NCBI GenBank assembly: GCA_043742625.1 | Contig: JAYTYD010000029.1 | Span: 1-45,448, forward strand | DNA from: Methylovirgula sp. | Lineage (GTDB): Bacteria > Pseudomonadota > Alphaproteobacteria > Rhizobiales > Beijerinckiaceae | Direction: 5' to 3' | DNA length: 45,448 nucleotides | Part shown: piece after piece, positions 36,002-45,027 of the stretch | How the letters are laid out: each line of letters opens with the position of its first letter | How positions within the stretch are numbered: the stretch's first letter is position 1 | The notes under the pieces: model-generated | What the model was told of the DNA's origin: nothing | Database searches by the model: none | Seen by the model: the letters and a program-made list of their open reading frames with translations, nothing else | Made by a program: the position numbers and the translations under genes

Positions 36002-36922
36002 TCAACTCTCGCTCAGCTTATGTCCGCCAAACCGGCGTATCAACCAAGAGCGAAACAACGCCACCGCTTCATTATTCAAGTCTTCCGGGTGCGTTGCCAG
36101 ATAATAGCCATAACCATCATCCAACAATAGATCAAATGGCTGCACAAGTTTTCCCGAAGCAATTTCAGCTTTGAACAACATCGGATCGACCAATGCCAAT
36201 CCTTCGCCGGATAAAGCATATTGAACCGCAAGTTGGGCCGTATCAAAAACCAGCCCGCGATTAACTTTTATTTCCGGATGTCCGGCGCGGCGCATAAACA
36301 TTTCCCAAAATTCATGGCGCGGCCGCCCTTCAAGCTTGACATGCAGCAGGTCGTTACTTGCAACAATTGCGGCAAGGTCAGCGCCAACGATGCGTTGCGC
36401 CACATTCGCCGTGCACACCACTGACAGCTGAACCATCCAGAGCAAATCTAGAATCGAAGTGCTCACTTCCGGCTGTTTATAAACCACCGCAACATCGGCA
36501 TCACCGTCATTGGGGTTTGTGGCGGGTTTTGAGGCAATTTCGAGCGTTATGTCCGGCTGCTCTGCCCGAAAATCCTGCAACAACGGAATCGCCAACTGGT
36601 GCGCGAATGTGGGCGGCAAAAACACTTTCAACACGCGTTTCGGTGTGCCTTTTTCGCGGATAATCTCGCCTAAAGCCTGGTCGATCCGGTCAAAGCTTTT
36701 GGTCACCACCGGCAGCAAGTGTTTGCCCGCCTCGGTTAACACCAATTGTTGCGGTCGGCGTTCAAACAGCGGCACGCCCAAAAACTGCTCCAGCACAATC
36801 ACATGTCGCGACACCGCGCTCTGCGCCACCGTGAGCTTATTGGCAGCCGCAGTGAAACTTAGCAGGTTCCCCGCCGCCTCAAACGCCCGCAAGGCGTTGA
36901 GTGGCAACCATTTGCGATCCAT
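36002..36922 (-). CDS. LysR-family transcriptional regulator (GcvA-like)
   Basis: MDRKWLPLNALRAFEAAGNLLSFTAAANKLTVAQSAVSRHVIVLE.... It lies 22 nt downstream of, and co-oriented with, the enolase-superfamily gene. Confidence 0.9.
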   Translation of the reverse strand: MDRKWLPLNALRAFEAAGNLLSFTAAANKLTVAQSAVSRHVIVLEQFLGVPLFERRPQQLVLTEAGKHLLPVVTKSFDRIDQALGEIIREKGTPKRVLKVFLPPTFAHQLAIPLLQDFRAEQPDITLEIASKPATNPNDGDADVAVVYKQPEVSTSILDLLWMVQLSVVCTANVAQRIVGADLAAIVASNDLLHVKLEGRPRHEFWEMFMRRAGHPEIKVNRGLVFDTAQLAVQYALSGEGLALVDPMLFKAEIASGKLVQPFDLLLDDGYGYYLATHPEDLNNEAVALFRSWLIRRFGGHKLSES

Positions 36923-36944
36923 TCTTAACTCAATTCCGCTGCAA

Positions 36945-38063
36945 TCAGCCTATGCGTGTCGCTTTCAACACATCTTCATCAAGATCATAGCCCATTCCCG
37001 GCCTGTCGGATAGAATGATCAAACCTTCTTGGTTAACCCGCAACGGCTCTTGCATCATGTAATCCCTACGGTCCAAACCCCATTCCGGCGGGTCAAATGG
37101 AAATTCCAGAAATGGCGCATCGCAAGCGCCCGCTGTTAAGTGGGCGTTGGCTGTCACGCCCATGCCGTTGGTCCACGTATGCGGTGTGAAAATTAGATTA
37201 TGCTCTTGCGCCATAAGCGCCACGCGACGACAACCTGTTATGCCGCCCACCAGCGCCACGTCCGGCTGAATTACATCCAGCGCGCCCGCCGTGATCAGAT
37301 TGCGGAATTCATAGAGCTCGCGGGTCATTTCGCCGCCCGCTATGCGCACATCCGTGCAGCCGCGCAAACGCTGCATTCCTTCCACATCACCTCGATGCAG
37401 CGGCTCTTCCATCCAATAAACACCAAGCTTTTCCAGCTCGCGCGCCACTTGTACCGCGTCTTTCAGCGACCACGGCGCGTAAGTATCCCAATTCATTCGC
37501 CAGCCCTGATTGCAATCCACCATCAGATCGAGCTTATCGCCCACCCGCGCCCGCACCGCCTCAAGAGCTTTGATGTCCTTACGCCAGTCACCACGGTGAA
37601 ACCGGATTTTCAACGCGTAATATCCCTGTTCGAGATATCTTTGCGCCGCATCAGCCAATTCATCAGGCACGCGCAACGTGCCTGAGCTGGCATAGGCTTT
37701 AATGCTGTTGGAGAGGCCACCCAGCAAACGCCAGCACGGCTGACCGGTGATTTTCCCGGCCAAATCCCACAAGGCCAAATCGAGCGGCCAGCAGCGTCCG
37801 GCATGGAAACTGATGTTGTTGAGCACACGCCAATGCCGCTCTATTGCCATCGCATCCTGCCCGATGAACAAATGCTCATTGCCCTCAAAGCCGATCATCA
37901 GATCGCCGGAGCCATAGCCGGTCAGCCCGGCGTCAGTATGCACCCGCACAATCGTCGCGTCCCAGAAGGTACGCGGCTTGGTATCCCAACTGGCATGAAA
38001 CGGCGGCGAGAAGTGCAGCCTGTGCTGCGTCACTTCAATGCCTGTAATGGTGACCTGGGTCAT
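36945..38063 (-). CDS. Enolase-superfamily enzyme (mandelate racemase / muconate lactonizing enzyme family; substrate unknown)
   Basis: 372 aa. It has an N-terminal capping domain and a barrel with ...LKIRFH..., ...LMVDCNQGW..., ...WMEEP... and ...IQPDV... metal-ligand-type segments. Confidence 0.85.
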   Translation of the reverse strand: MTQVTITGIEVTQHRLHFSPPFHASWDTKPRTFWDATIVRVHTDAGLTGYGSGDLMIGFEGNEHLFIGQDAMAIERHWRVLNNISFHAGRCWPLDLALWDLAGKITGQPCWRLLGGLSNSIKAYASSGTLRVPDELADAAQRYLEQGYYALKIRFHRGDWRKDIKALEAVRARVGDKLDLMVDCNQGWRMNWDTYAPWSLKDAVQVARELEKLGVYWMEEPLHRGDVEGMQRLRGCTDVRIAGGEMTRELYEFRNLITAGALDVIQPDVALVGGITGCRRVALMAQEHNLIFTPHTWTNGMGVTANAHLTAGACDAPFLEFPFDPPEWGLDRRDYMMQEPLRVNQEGLIILSDRPGMGYDLDEDVLKATRIG

Positions 38064-38066
38064 GTA

Positions 38067-39212
38067 TTACCTCATTTCGAGAGTTGCAGCGGCCAAATGC
38101 ACAAGATCGCCTGGCGAACTTGCCCGCCAGTTCGAGGTCTGCATCGGCACATTTTCCGGCCGCATCATCTGCTCCGCCAGGCGCGCTGGCGAAATATCAG
38201 CGCATTCATGCAAGTGCATGTCGAGGCCGCTGGCACGGATAAGCCCTTCAAATCCACGCGCGAACTCCGCCGCCGTGTCGCCAACGCCCAGCGCCTTGGC
38301 GCAGGCCGCCCAGCGGCCATCATCCGCATCAATGTTCCACGGCAAGGTTGCTAACATAGCCACACCCACCGCGCGGCCGTGATGCACCCCTTTGAGAGAG
38401 CCGATCGCATGGCCGATATTATGCGCAATCGCCGTACCGCAATTGTCGATGGCAATACCGGCCAGCGTCGCCGCCAATTGCACCCCGGCGCGCGCTTCAA
38501 CACTGCCGGGATCGTTAACAGCGCTTAGCAAATGCAGACCCAGAAGGCGCATGGCCTCATAGGCATAGATATTGTTGAGCGCATGATTATTACGGTTTGT
38601 TGCCGCCTCCACCGCATGTACCAGCGCATCAATCCCGGTTGCGGCTGTCAGGAAAGCTGGAAGCGTGACTGTCAACTCCGGATCCAGAATCGCCAGATCA
38701 GCTTTGGTCTCCTCGCCCCACAGCCAAACCTTGGCCTTGTCGGCGCGGGTCAAAATCGCCGTGCGGGTTACCTCTGCACCTGTGCCGGAAGTTGTGGGCA
38801 GAGTAATGCATTTCAACCGCGAGCCGGGAAACGGCGCTTCGCACAGCTGGTATTTCAAAGCCGAAGCCGGTGCCGCAGCGATGGCGGCAACAACCTTACC
38901 CAAATCCAGGGCCGACCCGCCGCCCAAAGCCACCACCAGCTGCGCCTGAACTTTGCGGGCCAAATCCGCCGCCGCATCGGTTTGCGCAATGGTCGGATCT
39001 CCGGTGAAATCTTTGAAAACATAGGCTTTAAGGCCGGCGGACTCCAGTGAGCCTTTCAAATCCGCATGTGCGCCGGAAGCCTCCAAGCCCGGATCTGCCA
39101 CCAGCAAAACCGCCGCTCCCTTCGGCACCAACTCTAGAGCCTTGGCGCCAACTTGATGCCGCGCGCCCGCGCCGGACAAAATTTGCGGCACCCGCGCCAG
39201 TTCCACGCTCAT
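38067..39212 (-). CDS. Iron-containing (group III) alcohol dehydrogenase
   Basis: ...VVALGGGSALDLGK..., ...GTGAEVT... and ...IDALVHAVEA...AHNIGHAIG... are metal and NAD motifs. ATG 39212 is spaced 6 nt from GGGAG. ATG 39218 abuts the ribosome-binding site. Confidence 0.88.
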   Translation of the reverse strand: MSVELARVPQILSGAGARHQVGAKALELVPKGAAVLLVADPGLEASGAHADLKGSLESAGLKAYVFKDFTGDPTIAQTDAAADLARKVQAQLVVALGGGSALDLGKVVAAIAAAPASALKYQLCEAPFPGSRLKCITLPTTSGTGAEVTRTAILTRADKAKVWLWGEETKADLAILDPELTVTLPAFLTAATGIDALVHAVEAATNRNNHALNNIYAYEAMRLLGLHLLSAVNDPGSVEARAGVQLAATLAGIAIDNCGTAIAHNIGHAIGSLKGVHHGRAVGVAMLATLPWNIDADDGRWAACAKALGVGDTAAEFARGFEGLIRASGLDMHLHECADISPARLAEQMMRPENVPMQTSNWRASSPGDLVHLAAATLEMR

Positions 39213-39221
39213 AAACATCTC

Positions 39222-39242
39222 CCATAGAATTCTACTCTATGG
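39222..39242. promoter_or_regulatory. Inverted repeat CCATAG-N9-CTATGG immediately upstream of the alcohol dehydrogenase ribosome-binding site
   Basis: Perfect 6-bp arms at 39222-39227 and 39237-39242. Candidate binding site for the operon-encoded LysR regulator. Confidence 0.3.
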
Positions 39243-39316
39243 TCGGCTTTATGAAGCATCCCGCAAACATCAATTGAAGATACGGCTATTTGAAAATGTG
39301 ATGTGCCACGCCGAAG

Positions 39317-42040
39317 CTACACATCCGCTTGCAACATCAGCCCTATGTCACCGGCGCTTACCGGTCTGCTGAAATGGAAGCCTTGCACTTCATCGCAATT
39401 GCTTGATCGCAAAAACGCCAGTTGCCCGGTCGTCTCCACGCCCTCGGCAATGACCTTCATGTTGAGATTATGCGCCAAAGAAATTACCGCGTTGACAACG
39501 GCCTTGTCGCTCTCGTTGGTCAGTATTTCGTCAACAAAGGTCCTATCAATCTTGAGGCGCGCCACGGGAAAATCCTTCAAGGCGCTGAGGCTGGAATAGC
39601 CCGTGCCAAAGTCGTCGATGGCCAGTTGGATGCCAAGCTCCTGCAGCTCCTTCATCGTGGCCACCGCCTGCGCCACATCCTGCATAATCAGGCTTTCGGT
39701 CACTTCAAGTTCCAGATAATGCGAGGCGAGGCCGGTCTCCCGTAGGGTATTCTTGATATATTGAATCAGATTTTTTTCCCTGAACTGCCGGGCGGAAACA
39801 TTGACGCAAACCCTAATGGGCGCAAGACCGGCATTTTGCCAAGCCATATTTTGCAAACACGCCGTATGCAAAACCCATTCGCCAATCTGGACGATCAGCC
39901 CGGTTTCCTCGGCAATCCTAATGAATTTATCCGGAGAAACTGTGCCAAGTGTCGGGTGATACCACCGGATTAGCGCCTCCACCGCAAAAATTTTACCGCT
40001 GGCGAGGTCAATTTGTGGCTGGTAATGCAGCGCAAATTCCCCGCGGCCCAATGCGCCACGCAGCTCTTCTTGCAGTTCAAACTTCTCGTGGACGCTTTTA
40101 TTCAGCTCGGGTGTATAAAATTGAAAACTATTACGTCCGAGCTCCTTCGCCCGATACATCGCGGCATCGGCATTTGCGAGCAGGGCAATGGCGTCTGTGC
40201 CATCATCCGGATAGGTTGCCACGCCAACGCTGGCCGTTATCAGCAATTTATGCTTGCCTCTGAGAATAGGCTCTGAAATTGCATTGGTAATTTTCTGCAG
40301 CGTGGATATGGTCGCGTCGATGTTTTTTGCCTGGTCAAATAGAATGACAACAAACTCGTCTCCGCCCAACCGCGCCACAGTATCGGTTGGACGCACAGCT
40401 TTGAGCATCCGGGAGGAAACCGTTTTAAGAATTTCATCCCCAACCGGATGGCCCAGACAATCATTCACCTGTTTAAAATGATCGAGATCGATAAACACAA
40501 CGGACACGCCGCGACCATAGCGGTTAGAAAACGAAATCGCTTGCGCTAACCGGTCATTTAACAAAGCTCTGTTGGGCAGCCCGGTTAACGCATCATGGTT
40601 GGCCATATATTCGATGCGGTCTTCATTGATTTTTCGTTGAATGGCAATGCCGGCAAAATGAACGGTAATATCCATCAGGCCGATTTCACCTGCGCTTGGT
40701 GCCCGCGCGGTTTTTGAATACACCGCAAAGACGCCTAAAACACTGCCGTGTTGTGAGAGTATTGGCGTCGACCAGCACGACTTGAAGCCGTGCGGCGTAA
40801 CCAAAGCGCGCTGCTCATCCCATAGCGGATCTGTTCTAATGTCGGATACAATCACCCTTTGCGAACGAAAAGCGGCCGTCCCGCATGAACCGGCACTTGG
40901 ACCGATGCGAACCCCGTTGGTCGCTTTCAAATAGGCTTCGGGCAAGCTCGATGCCGACGTGTGCCGCAAGTGCAATCCATCCGGCTCAACCAGCAATATA
41001 GAACATGCAATGCCGGGGGCTTTGTGTTCGACGAGAAGAACAAGCTTATCGAGAATCTCTTTGACCGGAGCGCCGGAAGCGATCAGCTCAAGAACCTCAA
41101 TACGCCCCGCCCGAATTTCCTCCTCATGTTTCTGTTCAGTAATGTCGCGGGCAATGCCCAGCAAGCCAAACACCTTGCCATCGGCATTTTTAATCGGGAC
41201 TTTGGTGGAGGAAAGCCACTGATCAACCCCGGCGGCAGAAAGCACCTCTTCTTCGTGAGCGATAGACGGCTCACCGGAGGCAATCATTTCTTGCTCTTGC
41301 AAGGAAAATTCGGCGGCACGATCCGGCGCGTGCAAATCAAAATCAGACAAGCCGATCAACTCTTTCGAGTTTGCAAGCCCGCTATGATTGGCAAGGGCCG
41401 AATTCGCGATGATAAATCGCCCGTTGACATCTTTGATCCAAAGGAAATCCGGCACCCAATCAATCAGCGTTTGCAATGATATTGAATCATTTTCAAGCTT
41501 GGTAACGTCACAATGGGTCACAAACACACCGCCATCGGGAGTCCGGATATAGTTTTCACAAATGCTGCGACCATCGCAGAGGACATACGTAAACTTGCTG
41601 GATTGCTCCGCAAATCCTGCAATTTCATAATGCGCGACATAATGCTCAAGGGCTTCTTTCGGCAGCGTTCCCGCCTTCAAGCGCAAGCCGGCAATCTCAC
41701 GCAGTGTCAGGCCCGGATTCATCTCCTCGGCGCGCAACCGGAACATCTCTTCATATTTTTTGTTGCTCAACACCAATACGCCACAAGCGTCGTAGTAAGA
41801 AACGCCCTCGGAGATGTGCAGCAGAGCCGTGACATAAGGCTGAATGCTCGAAACCTGCGTGGATATTGACGCGTGAAACTCAACATCCAGAAATTCCGAC
41901 GAAAGCCTGTCCAACTTCAGCAGCGCGGTGTCGTGCGGCTTAGAGGGTTGTGCTCGAAGCATTTGCATTGGATTTTCAGCCACTGGCGACACAACTTTCC
42001 AAAAGGCCCGATCATCAAAAATTGTACAAATCAGGCTCAA
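39317..42040 (-). CDS. Cytoplasmic PAS-PAS-GAF-GGDEF-EAL signalling protein (diguanylate cyclase / c-di-GMP phosphodiesterase)
   Basis: Intact GGDEF (ARLGGDEFVV) with the I-site RPTD five residues upstream. The EAL domain has EALIRW, NVSARQ, ELEVTES, DDFGTGYSS, KIDRTF, EGVET and QGFHFSRP. The start is uncertain: TTG 42040, or ATG 41968/41962. Confidence 0.93.
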   Translation of the reverse strand: MSLICTIFDDRAFWKVVSPVAENPMQMLRAQPSKPHDTALLKLDRLSSEFLDVEFHASISTQVSSIQPYVTALLHISEGVSYYDACGVLVLSNKKYEEMFRLRAEEMNPGLTLREIAGLRLKAGTLPKEALEHYVAHYEIAGFAEQSSKFTYVLCDGRSICENYIRTPDGGVFVTHCDVTKLENDSISLQTLIDWVPDFLWIKDVNGRFIIANSALANHSGLANSKELIGLSDFDLHAPDRAAEFSLQEQEMIASGEPSIAHEEEVLSAAGVDQWLSSTKVPIKNADGKVFGLLGIARDITEQKHEEEIRAGRIEVLELIASGAPVKEILDKLVLLVEHKAPGIACSILLVEPDGLHLRHTSASSLPEAYLKATNGVRIGPSAGSCGTAAFRSQRVIVSDIRTDPLWDEQRALVTPHGFKSCWSTPILSQHGSVLGVFAVYSKTARAPSAGEIGLMDITVHFAGIAIQRKINEDRIEYMANHDALTGLPNRALLNDRLAQAISFSNRYGRGVSVVFIDLDHFKQVNDCLGHPVGDEILKTVSSRMLKAVRPTDTVARLGGDEFVVILFDQAKNIDATISTLQKITNAISEPILRGKHKLLITASVGVATYPDDGTDAIALLANADAAMYRAKELGRNSFQFYTPELNKSVHEKFELQEELRGALGRGEFALHYQPQIDLASGKIFAVEALIRWYHPTLGTVSPDKFIRIAEETGLIVQIGEWVLHTACLQNMAWQNAGLAPIRVCVNVSARQFREKNLIQYIKNTLRETGLASHYLELEVTESLIMQDVAQAVATMKELQELGIQLAIDDFGTGYSSLSALKDFPVARLKIDRTFVDEILTNESDKAVVNAVISLAHNLNMKVIAEGVETTGQLAFLRSSNCDEVQGFHFSRPVSAGDIGLMLQADV

Positions 42041-42348
42041 TACATCTAAAATATTGAGTGTCTTCCATTAAAATATCGTGAGATTTTCTTTTCGTAATGT
42101 ACAGATATTCTCAGAATATTTATGAATATTACTGTCACATGATTAGATGTTTAATTTTCGGTTACGCTACGAAAAGACATAAATTATTATGAAATTAGCA
42201 AACAATGTTAATTGTTACTGTAAGTTTAAAATTTACTATGATTTATATTTACTAAGCCTTAGAAAACAAATTTCAGGCTAACAGTCGTCTGTTCAAAGAA
42301 CATTACCCGGCACGTGACGTTAGCAACACCTATTCACGGCGACGCCGT
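42041..42348. other. Very AT-rich 308-bp intergenic spacer upstream of the GGDEF-EAL gene
   Basis: Hand counts give 18/60 G+C for 42121-42180 and 11/60 for 42181-42240, against 33/60 for a typical coding line (27301-27360). It contains the inverted repeat atattc-tca-gaatat (42105-42119). Confidence 0.8.
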
Positions 42349-43125
42349 TTAATCAGACGAAACGTAGAAGCAACCGTCCGGCATATATGCGTAACCAATG
42401 CGAAACTCCAGCGCAAAGCCCCGTTTTTCAAAAACCAATCGCTCGGTTTTCAGCAGCGGCGCTCCGACTTCAACAGCCATTAATTTAGCTCCTTGGGCCG
42501 AGGCCAAAACTGCAGTGACACGCTCCTCAACTCTGCCGATCGAATAGCCGTGAATCGCCATAGACTCGAACAAATCCACCGAATTGAACGACTGCTTCAG
42601 CCCGGCTTCGAAAAGCTCGGCCGAAAAATAAAGCGTTTCAAGCACCACAGAGGCACGAGCTAAAGAGGCAGCAGCGCCAGAGATATCAGCTTCTGAAAAC
42701 TGCTCCGACCGTAGAATTTGAGTGATGACATTAATTTTAGCATCGCCCGGCAGGCCCAGTTTTTCTGCAATGTGCCCGTGGGAAACATCGGTCCGGGTGC
42801 GCACATCCGTCTTGCTCCAGCGATACGACTCCAGCTGCTCTGCTCTCCGGAGCCGGTTCAGCTTGTCCGGCTTACCAATCCAGCGGCGGTCTGCAACCAA
42901 GGTTCCTTTGCCTTGTTGCCGGGTGACCAATTTATCGTGCACGAGCATTTCAACGGCTTTTCGTACTGTGCCGATACTGACCCGATACTCCAGAGTGAGA
43001 TCATACTCGTTAGGGATATAACTGTTCTCAGGCAGAGTTCCGTCCATGATGCGCTTTTGCAGCACTTCAAACAGCTGTTGATAAAGCGGTTTTCTGGCTA
43101 AAGGTTCATGTTGATCGGTATTCAT
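42349..43125 (-). CDS. GntR-family regulator, HutC subfamily (wHTH plus UTRA effector domain)
   Basis: ...PLYQQLFEVLQKRIMDGTLPENSYIPNEYDLTLEYRVSIGTVRKAVEMLVHDKLVTRQQGKGTLV..., followed by a UTRA-like domain of about 150 aa. Confidence 0.88.
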   Translation of the reverse strand: MNTDQHEPLARKPLYQQLFEVLQKRIMDGTLPENSYIPNEYDLTLEYRVSIGTVRKAVEMLVHDKLVTRQQGKGTLVADRRWIGKPDKLNRLRRAEQLESYRWSKTDVRTRTDVSHGHIAEKLGLPGDAKINVITQILRSEQFSEADISGAAASLARASVVLETLYFSAELFEAGLKQSFNSVDLFESMAIHGYSIGRVEERVTAVLASAQGAKLMAVEVGAPLLKTERLVFEKRGFALEFRIGYAYMPDGCFYVSSD

Positions 43126-43417
43126 TAAAAATTGAAACTCCGCAAATAAACAAATCCCCCTCTAAAGTATCACTCGATTTCAGTTAAATAACAGTGTTTA
43201 GCGCACTGGGTTCTGATTATTTTCAAAAATAAATCTGGGTAATACTGTCCAAAAACTACGTTATCGTAAACATATACATGTCCTATGCCTGATTCCAAAT
43301 GACAGTGTGTAACTTACCCCAGTTGGGATTTCAATTTCGCTGTCAGTAAGCACTTTACTGTGAATCAGTTGCGTCACCCGTCAGAAAGCTCACCTTAGCT
43401 GCAAATGGAGCTAACCC

Positions 43418-43645
43418 GTGCAGCAGCTTACATCCCGCTTCGGTTTCATCGTCATGCTAACCCTTTGTGGTTTCAGTTCCGCAACGGCAGATGTGCGCCA
43501 AACGCACTTCAAGGTTGGACTGATAATTGTTCCCTACAGACTCAGCCCTGAATACCGCGCCAGATATCCGCTCATCACCGCTTCTAAAATCCGGTCAGGA
43601 AAGCCGCAAACACCGCACAAACACCATAAGCATGCACCTAAATGA
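43418..43645 (+). CDS. Hypothetical small exported protein with a basic His-rich C-terminus
   Basis: GTG start with TGGAG 8 nt upstream. Signal-like FGFIVMLTLCGFSSATA/DV. Ends KPQTPHKHHKHAPK. I recognise no homologue. Confidence 0.3.
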   Translation: MQQLTSRFGFIVMLTLCGFSSATADVRQTHFKVGLIIVPYRLSPEYRARYPLITASKIRSGKPQTPHKHHKHAPK

Positions 43646-43750
43646 TCCGGTTCAACGCGCCTTATAGGCTGAAAGTGCCTGCCGGAAATTTTCAGCAAGA
43701 GCAAACCATTCATAATTTTTTTAAGCCTGTAGCGGGAAAGGAACCACGCC

Positions 43751-44752
43751 ATGTTTAGAGACACACGTTTTAAAAACTCTTGCCTTTTAGTGTCATTATT
43801 TGGTGCCGGATATCTATTCGGCAATCTTGATCACGACTTATCTGAGCTTGGGATTATCGGCGTTTGGCTGAACGGAACCGCGCAATTTAGCCAAAATCTT
43901 CTTCAGTCAGTCTCACACTACAGCAGCTCTGTCCTTTCCGGAATGTTGCTCCTCGCGGGTGACATCCATAAATATCCTCTTTTGATTGTTGCCGCGCTTA
44001 TCAGCGTTGGCATTCAAATCATCGCGCCCAAAAAGCCGGTTCTGCCAGCCCGAAACTCCCGGTCGGCTACCGCTGCTATAGTGGACCCCATGCCCCAAAC
44101 AGCGCTGTCCCAGCTTCCTGCACTGGCCCCAAAGCGGCAGGCCGAACGCAACACCGATGATGAGGCAACCTCCACAGCAGCTGCCATTCCCCGGGTTTTG
44201 CTCAACAATCCCTATGACAAAAAGATCGAATATTTAACTTTTGAAGAGCGTGTCCAGATTGCTGTTCAGGCGTCCGTGCGTAAGGGCCGCGTCATCGGTG
44301 TCATCTATTTCCACTTGAGTTTTACGCCCCGTGATGCAAACGGCGCGCAAGCACTGACGGCCGACGATGACGTGATTTTGCATTTGGCCGCTGAATTAGA
44401 GTCACAATTGCGTGCGACAGATTGTGTAAAATGCGTCAGCAATACCGAAATTGCAGTGTTTGTGTCGCTAATGTCAGACGTAGCTCAGTTAAATTCGGTC
44501 GCTCAGCGTTTGTCAGCCACACTTACCCGATTAATGTTAGAAGACGAATTTGTTAGCGCGCAAATCACCCAGGGCAGCGTTCTCTATCCCATGGGGGGAT
44601 ATTCTAGCGTCGCCTTAATCGCCTCTGCCCGCCAAAAGGCGAAACTGTCGGCATCGAACCCGCTGTCAGGTTCTCAACTGCCCACAAGTGCGGAGAGCGG
44701 ACACAGCCGGCAGGCGTCAAACCGAGGCTTGACCGCATTCACCGTCAATTAG
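43751..44752 (+). CDS. Membrane-anchored protein with a degenerate GGDEF domain (SNTEI replaces GGDEF; RxxD I-site retained)
   Basis: 2-3 N-terminal TM segments. The C-terminal roughly 160 aa align by eye, position for position, with the GGDEF domain of the 907-aa neighbour: DDDVILHLAAELESQLRATDCVKCVSNTEIAVFV against GDEILKTVSSRMLKAVRPTDTVARLGGDEFVVIL. Confidence 0.7.
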   Translation: MFRDTRFKNSCLLVSLFGAGYLFGNLDHDLSELGIIGVWLNGTAQFSQNLLQSVSHYSSSVLSGMLLLAGDIHKYPLLIVAALISVGIQIIAPKKPVLPARNSRSATAAIVDPMPQTALSQLPALAPKRQAERNTDDEATSTAAAIPRVLLNNPYDKKIEYLTFEERVQIAVQASVRKGRVIGVIYFHLSFTPRDANGAQALTADDDVILHLAAELESQLRATDCVKCVSNTEIAVFVSLMSDVAQLNSVAQRLSATLTRLMLEDEFVSAQITQGSVLYPMGGYSSVALIASARQKAKLSASNPLSGSQLPTSAESGHSRQASNRGLTAFTVN

Positions 44753-45006
44753 ACCAATAATCCGCTGGAGCGCTAAGGACGCCGGTATTCTGCTTCAAAA
44801 TGAAAATGCCGTTGCTTAAACCAAAAAACTGACTTCCAAAAAGTTTGCATACCACAAGTAGGAATTTACCCGGTTCAGCGCCCTTCATTGCGAAGCCTCC
44901 CCCAAAGCTTGCCAAGGCTTAATCCGGCTGTTTCAGCCTGGTGCCAAACTCATCCTGCCGCATAATTTATTTTTGCCGCACTCTTGCAAACTTGTCCTTG
45001 CCAACA

Positions 45007-45027
45007 AATGTAAATGTTTGTTACATT
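45007..45027. promoter_or_regulatory. Inverted repeat AATGTAA-N7-TTACATT about 125 nt upstream of the DUF2852 gene
   Basis: Perfect 7-bp arms at 45007-45013 and 45021-45027, in an AT-rich stretch. Confidence 0.25.

Noticed and set aside
36510-39050. Plus-strand ORFs of 160-185 aa opposite the LysR, enolase-family and alcohol dehydrogenase genes
   Set aside because: They are antisense shadows of three well-supported genes.
43257-43270. acgttatcgtaaac, resembling the LacI-type operator arm (ACGTTATCGATAAC) upstream of the GntR gene; also a related cgataaacgtaac at 45036-45048
   Set aside because: Only a 10-nt exact core is shared. I estimate roughly a 0.1 chance of that occurring somewhere in the window. 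The palindromic core is disrupted by an indel, and there is no functional link to the transporter. It is worth including in a motif scan but is not supportable as a site.
43534-43824. 96-aa minus-strand ORF bridging the small exported ORF and the degenerate GGDEF gene
   Set aside because: It overlaps two co-oriented plus-strand candidates, including the start of the 333-aa gene. It has no ribosome-binding site or recognisable motif.
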